Positions 59,621-64,000 of a stretch of DNA of 64,000 bases are shown piece by piece. Made by a program: the position numbers and the translations under genes. Within the stretch, counting starts at the first letter, position 1. Each line of letters starts with the position of its first letter. The stretch is from assembly GCA_965213705.1 (NCBI GenBank), contig OZ243913.1, positions 704,001 to 768,000 of the forward strand. The letters run 5' to 3'. The notes beneath the pieces were generated by a model. It saw nothing but the letters and a program-made list of their open reading frames with translations, was not told where the DNA came from and made no database searches. The DNA comes from Trueperaceae bacterium. GTDB lineage: Bacteria; Deinococcota; Deinococci; Deinococcales; Trueperaceae.

Positions 59621-60868
59621 ATGGAAACGCAGCGCAAACTCATCGGCTTACTTTTAAGCCTCGAGGAAGACTGGCCGCACACCTTCGAGGCACTGTCAAA
59701 ACGGATGGGTAAGGTGAGCTACCGGGGCCGAACCTTCGAGATTCAAACCGAGCGCATCCACATTCACCCGTTCAGCCTGCGCGACCCGGTGCGGCACGAC
59801 GTGGTCATCGACCGCCTCGCCTGGTGGCACCCAAACCCGCGCGAGTGGTTGAAAAAAGCGGCTTTGATGAACGACGTTTACCTCCTCAACAACCCCTTTT
59901 CGTTTCAGTCGATGGAGAAGCACTCGGCCTACTGCGCGATGATTCGGCTGGGGCTGAACGTGCCCGAGACGGTACTTGTCCCACAAAAGGTCGGCCCCGA
60001 CAACGAACGCTACCAGCGCACCGCGCAAAAGTACCACGACCTGTTCGACTTGCCCGCCATCGCGGCACAGGTCGGCTACCCGCTATTCATGAAACCCTTC
60101 GACGGCGGCGGCTGGCGCGGGGTGAGCAAAGTCGACGACGAGGCCGCGCTGATGCAGGCTTACGACGCCTCGGGCCAGACGATGATGCACCTGCAACGCG
60201 GTTTAGTCGACTACGAGGTGTTCGTGCGGAGTCTGGGCATCGGGCCGCAAGTCATCAGCTTGCGCTACGACCCCGGCCAGCCGATGCACGCGCGCTACTC
60301 GGTCGCGCACGACTTTTTGACACCCGAGCAGGGCCGCGAGGCGGTCACGGTCACCAAAATCATCAACGCCTTTTTCCGTTGGGACTTCAACTCGTGCGAG
60401 TCGATTTTGAAAAACGGCACCCTGTGGCCGATGGACTTCGCCAACGCTTGCCCGGACATCGCGCTTACGAGTTTGCACTACTACTTCCCGTGGACCCTAA
60501 AGTCGCTTTACGCCTGGAGCGTGTTCTGCGCGGTGACCGAGCGGCCCATGTACGTGACCATGAACATCAAGCCGTACTTCGACATCGCCGACTCGGACCG
60601 CTCTTACGAGGAGAAACTTGCCGCTTACGAACAACTCGCCGACGAGCACTTCGAAACCGAGCGCTTTGCCGAATTTCGGGCGACGGTCTTGAAAGACCTG
60701 GACGAGGCGATGTGGGACCTCGTCGGTAGCGGCGAGTTCAAGGACATCATCCGCGGCGCGGTCGGGGCGACGTTTCCCGAGCACGAGCGCGAACAGTTTA
60801 ACGCTCACTTTCAGGGGCTGCTCGAGCACTGGCACAGCGCCGAAGCCGCGGCGGGGCGCGTTTCATGA
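59621..60868 (+). CDS. ATP-grasp (RimK/GshB-like) ligase of uncharacterised family
   Basis: VIDRL, NNPF....KH, GYPLFMKPFDGGGWRGV, FNSCE, MDFANACPD. Confidence 0.85.
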   Translation: METQRKLIGLLLSLEEDWPHTFEALSKRMGKVSYRGRTFEIQTERIHIHPFSLRDPVRHDVVIDRLAWWHPNPREWLKKAALMNDVYLLNNPFSFQSMEKHSAYCAMIRLGLNVPETVLVPQKVGPDNERYQRTAQKYHDLFDLPAIAAQVGYPLFMKPFDGGGWRGVSKVDDEAALMQAYDASGQTMMHLQRGLVDYEVFVRSLGIGPQVISLRYDPGQPMHARYSVAHDFLTPEQGREAVTVTKIINAFFRWDFNSCESILKNGTLWPMDFANACPDIALTSLHYYFPWTLKSLYAWSVFCAVTERPMYVTMNIKPYFDIADSDRSYEEKLAAYEQLADEHFETERFAEFRATVLKDLDEAMWDLVGSGEFKDIIRGAVGATFPEHEREQFNAHFQGLLEHWHSAEAAAGRVS

Positions 60869-61989
60869 CCGCCGTCAAGCGCCCGTCGCTCACCGTGGGC
60901 ATCGAAGAGGAATACCAAATCATCGACCCCGAAACCCGCGAACTGAGGAGTTACATCACGCAGTTTTTGGAGGGCGACCACAGCGTCCTGCGCCAAAAAT
61001 CCATCAAGCCCGAACTGCACCAGTCGAGCGTCGAAATCGGCACGAAAGTGTGCGAGTCGGTGCAGGACGCGCGGGCCGACCTGGTCGACTTGCGCTGCCA
61101 AGTCGACGACATGGCGAGGAGCGAGGGCATGTGCATCGCCGCGGCGGGCTCACATCCGTTTTCGGTGTGGCAAACGCAAGAAATTACGCCGTTCGAGCGC
61201 TACCAGGGCTTGTTGGAAGACTTGCAAGAACTCGCGCGGCAGACGCTGATTTTCGGGATGCACGTCCACGTCGGCATCGAGGACGAAGAGTTTATGGTCG
61301 ACGCCATGAACACGCTGAAATACTTTATGCCGCACCTGCTGGCGCTCTCAACCTCGTCGCCGTTTTGGGAAGGGCGGCAGACCGGGCTGAAGAGTTACCG
61401 CAGCGCCATGTTCAAGCGTTTCCCGCGCACGGGTTTACCGGGCGACTTCAGCAGCTACGCGGACTACAAAAGTTACGTCGACATCATGGTCGCCGCGGGG
61501 TCGATTCCCAACGCCTCGAAAATCTGGTGGGACCTGCGGCCGCACCACCAGTACCCGACCTTGGAGTTCCGCATTTGCGACCTCTGCACCAGCGTCGACG
61601 ACGCGATTTGCTGCGCGGCACTGTTTCAAGCCCTTGTCTTGAAGCACTACAAGATGCGCAAGGACAACGTCACCTTCCGGCGCTACCCGATGGGCATGGT
61701 CGAGGAAAACAAGTGGCGCGCGCTGCGCTACGGCGTCGAAGGGAAGCTCGTCGACTTCGGGCGGCAAGAGGAGTTGCCGACGAAGATGCTGCTGACCGAA
61801 CTCGTCGAATTCGTCGACGACGTGCTGGACGACCTGGGCTCCCGCAAAGAGGTCGAACACGTTTTTACGATTTTGGAGCGCGGCACTTCGGCGGCGCGGC
61901 AAATCAAAATCTTCGAGGAAACGGACGACGTGCGCAAGGTGGTCGACTGGCTCGTCGAGGAGACGATTCGGGAGTGCCGGGTGGGTTGA
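60865..61989 (+). CDS. ybdK: Carboxylate-amine ligase (glutamate--cysteine ligase GCS2/YbdK family)
   Basis: TVGIEEEYQ, AAGSHPF, IFGMHVHVG, SSPFW.G, WWDLRP, TLEFRICD, ENKWRA.RYG; ATGA overlap with the ATP-grasp gene. Confidence 0.92.
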   Translation: MTAVKRPSLTVGIEEEYQIIDPETRELRSYITQFLEGDHSVLRQKSIKPELHQSSVEIGTKVCESVQDARADLVDLRCQVDDMARSEGMCIAAAGSHPFSVWQTQEITPFERYQGLLEDLQELARQTLIFGMHVHVGIEDEEFMVDAMNTLKYFMPHLLALSTSSPFWEGRQTGLKSYRSAMFKRFPRTGLPGDFSSYADYKSYVDIMVAAGSIPNASKIWWDLRPHHQYPTLEFRICDLCTSVDDAICCAALFQALVLKHYKMRKDNVTFRRYPMGMVEENKWRALRYGVEGKLVDFGRQEELPTKMLLTELVEFVDDVLDDLGSRKEVEHVFTILERGTSAARQIKIFEETDDVRKVVDWLVEETIRECRVG

Positions 61990-62106
61990 GGGTTCATTTT
62001 GAAGCTGTTGGTCAAAGTAGGACAAAATACTGTAGGTTGACAGAGTGACTGTGCTATCCTACGGTTTACGTAAATGAGTTCACATTTACGTGAAGGTGTT
62101 CATATT

Positions 62107-62319
62107 ATGGACGATAAATACACAACCGATTTCTTGTTCGTGCAACCGTCGTTTTTATCTGGCGCAGCTCGAACGATGGACATGTTTGGCACTTTCGACG
62201 CTTATAATACAAGCTCATCCCCCGCCGAGGCTGACGCCAGAGCCATCCAAAGTGATTGGGGAATGGTAGGTCAGGATCTCAAAAAGGCACTCGGTAAGAT
62301 CGTAGAAAACGCGAAATAG
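62107..62319 (+). CDS. Small hypothetical protein (low GC)
   Basis: FLFVQPSFLSGAAR..D.FG...YN.S.....AD..AI.SDW..VG.DL..A. Confidence 0.7.
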   Translation: MDDKYTTDFLFVQPSFLSGAARTMDMFGTFDAYNTSSSPAEADARAIQSDWGMVGQDLKKALGKIVENAK

Positions 62320-62325
62320 CTTGCG

Positions 62326-62799
62326 GTGGGTAGAAAATCACGTAGCAAGCGGCAATCTGTAGCAAAACAAAAGCGTTCCGCTGAGATAGAAAGACCATCT
62401 CAGGGAACGCTTCCTTTTGAGGATAGGCAAAGCGGTACTATAATGACAGCTGAGTATTTTGCGGGGCCTTTTCCTCACCCTGACTTGATGGAACGATACG
62501 AAGAGGTAGTGCCTGGTTTGCCTCAAGTCATGGTTCAAACATACAAAAATCAGAATGCGCACCGACTAAAAATGGAAAACAAGGTTTTAAATCACAATGT
62601 TATCCAATCATATATAGGCCAGTTTTCAGCTTTTGTTGTGACTATGTTTGCGCTGTACTTGTCCTACCTCCTTGTGTCGAATGAGTTTGATGTTGGCGGT
62701 TTTGTGCTCGCCATCGGTGCGTTAGCAACTTTGGCAGGGGTATTTTTTATAGGACGAAAACGGCAGGAAAAGGAACGGCAAACCAAGGATGAAAGATAG
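62326..62799 (+). CDS. DUF2335-family membrane protein (low GC)
   Basis: F.GPFPHP..MERYE.VVPG, HR..ME, GQ, then two TM helices. Confidence 0.8.
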   Translation: MGRKSRSKRQSVAKQKRSAEIERPSQGTLPFEDRQSGTIMTAEYFAGPFPHPDLMERYEEVVPGLPQVMVQTYKNQNAHRLKMENKVLNHNVIQSYIGQFSAFVVTMFALYLSYLLVSNEFDVGGFVLAIGALATLAGVFFIGRKRQEKERQTKDER

Positions 62800-62825
62800 C
62801 CGAGTTTTAGAATTCTAAAACTCGG
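62800..62825. repeat. Perfect 26-bp palindrome
   Basis: CCGAGTTTTAGAA|TTCTAAAACTCGG immediately after the DUF2335 stop codon. Confidence 0.8.
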
Positions 62826-62945
62826 TTCCGGTGACATGTTTGGTTGGATGGTTGTACCCAAACCTCACCAAACGTGCCTAACCTGTACCGCGAACGACGG
62901 TCATTCTTCAGCCCCACCGTTAAGGTTTGAGGCTGGAGGCTTTGA

Positions 62946-63914
62946 ATGAACTACCGCAGACTCGGCAACACCGGCATGAAAATAAGCGAGGTCAGTTTGG
63001 GCGCTTGGACGACCTACGGGGGCAGCGTTCAGGACAAGAAACTCATCACGCAAATCGTTGAAAAAGCGCTCGAGACCGGCGTCAACTTTTTCGACAACGC
63101 CGACGCTTACGCGAGGGGCAAGGGCGAAAGCTACATGGGCGAGGTGTTTAAAGACATCGGGGCGGAGCGGCGTCACTTGGTCTTATCGACCAAAGTCTAC
63201 TGGCCCTTCTCCGACGACGACCCGAACGACCGGGGCTTGAGCCGCAAGCACGTTTTAGAAAGCATCGACGGCTCCCTGGAGCGCATGGGCACCGACTACG
63301 TCGACATTTACTTCGCCCACCGCTACGACGAAGAGACGACGATGGAGGAAATCGTCGAGGTGTTCAGCGACGTGGTCAAGTCGGGCCGTGCGCACTACTG
63401 GGGAACGTCCGAGTGGAGCGCGGCACAGATTGCCGAGGCGTACACCTACGCCAAGGCGAACGGCCTCGTCGCGCCGGTCACCGAGCAGCCGCAGTACTCG
63501 ATGCTCTACCGCGAGCGCGTCGAGGAGCAAATCTTGCCCGTCACCGAGCCCAAGGGCATCGGACTCGTCGTGTGGAGCCCGCTGGCGATGGGGATGCTCA
63601 CCGGCAAGTACGACGACGGCGTGCCAGACGACAGCCGCTTTGGGCAAAACGACCAGTTCGGGAAACGCTTTTTGACCGACGAGAACGGCCAAAAGGTCAA
63701 AGAGTTGAAAAAGATTGCCGATGACTTGGGCGTAACACGGGCGCAACTCGCGCTGGCCTGGGTGCTGCGGCAGGGGGGCGTCTCGAGCGTCATCACCGGC
63801 GCGACCAAGGTGAGCCAGTTGGAAGACAACGTCAAGGCTGCCGAGGTCGAGTTGAGTCAGGAACACCTGGACCAAATCGACGGCATCTTGGGCAACAAAC
63901 CTGAAGAGGAGTGA
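62946..63914 (+). CDS. Aldo/keto reductase (Kv-beta-like)
   Basis: YRRLG.TG.K.SE..LGAW, FDNADAY, GLSRKH, YWGTSEW, QPQYSML, WSPLA.G.LTGKY. Confidence 0.93.
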   Translation: MNYRRLGNTGMKISEVSLGAWTTYGGSVQDKKLITQIVEKALETGVNFFDNADAYARGKGESYMGEVFKDIGAERRHLVLSTKVYWPFSDDDPNDRGLSRKHVLESIDGSLERMGTDYVDIYFAHRYDEETTMEEIVEVFSDVVKSGRAHYWGTSEWSAAQIAEAYTYAKANGLVAPVTEQPQYSMLYRERVEEQILPVTEPKGIGLVVWSPLAMGMLTGKYDDGVPDDSRFGQNDQFGKRFLTDENGQKVKELKKIADDLGVTRAQLALAWVLRQGGVSSVITGATKVSQLEDNVKAAEVELSQEHLDQIDGILGNKPEEE

Positions 63915-63937
63915 CCCGGGCTTAACCTCGCCCTCAC

Positions 63938-63979
63938 GCTCCCCTTCTAGGGGAGCTGTCTCGCAGAGACTGAGGGGTC
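63938..63979 (-). repeat. REP-like double hairpin, same family as 30089-30128
   Basis: Minus strand GACCCCTCAGTCTCTGCGAGACAGCTCCCCTAGAAGGGGAGC. Confidence 0.55.
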
Positions 63980-64000
63980 TGGGGTCCGCGCAAGCCGACG

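Overview
GC-rich (roughly 60-63%) bacterial chromosomal window, most consistent with Deinococcota (Trueperaceae-like). The basis is the yceD-rpmF-fabH-fabD-fabG-acpP-fabF order without plsX and Deinococcus/Thermus-style GreA, LysS, MurJ and methylmalonyl-CoA mutase; this is inference, no database search was run. Core genes alternate with accessory blocks: a stress cluster (Mn-catalase, SPW, DUF2243, MRJP-family); an HxlR-controlled operon encoding a secreted protein that closely resembles the APCDD1 domain of the animal Wnt inhibitor, plus two ABM monooxygenases and an NmrA-like oxidoreductase; a GntR-controlled fucosidase/aldolase/ABC/sulfatase locus; two toxin-antitoxin loci with damaged parts; a mosaic Ig-repeat surface lipoprotein; and a split esterase/ATP-grasp/YbdK peptide-ligase system. 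At the DNA level the palindrome CTCGAG is strongly over-represented (about 140 by hand count versus about 21 expected) and sits exactly at an apparent in-frame deletion junction. GATC is almost absent outside foreign-looking DNA. Several 7-bp-period and REP-like repeat families occupy intergenic spaces. No rRNA, tRNA, CRISPR array or transposase was recognised.
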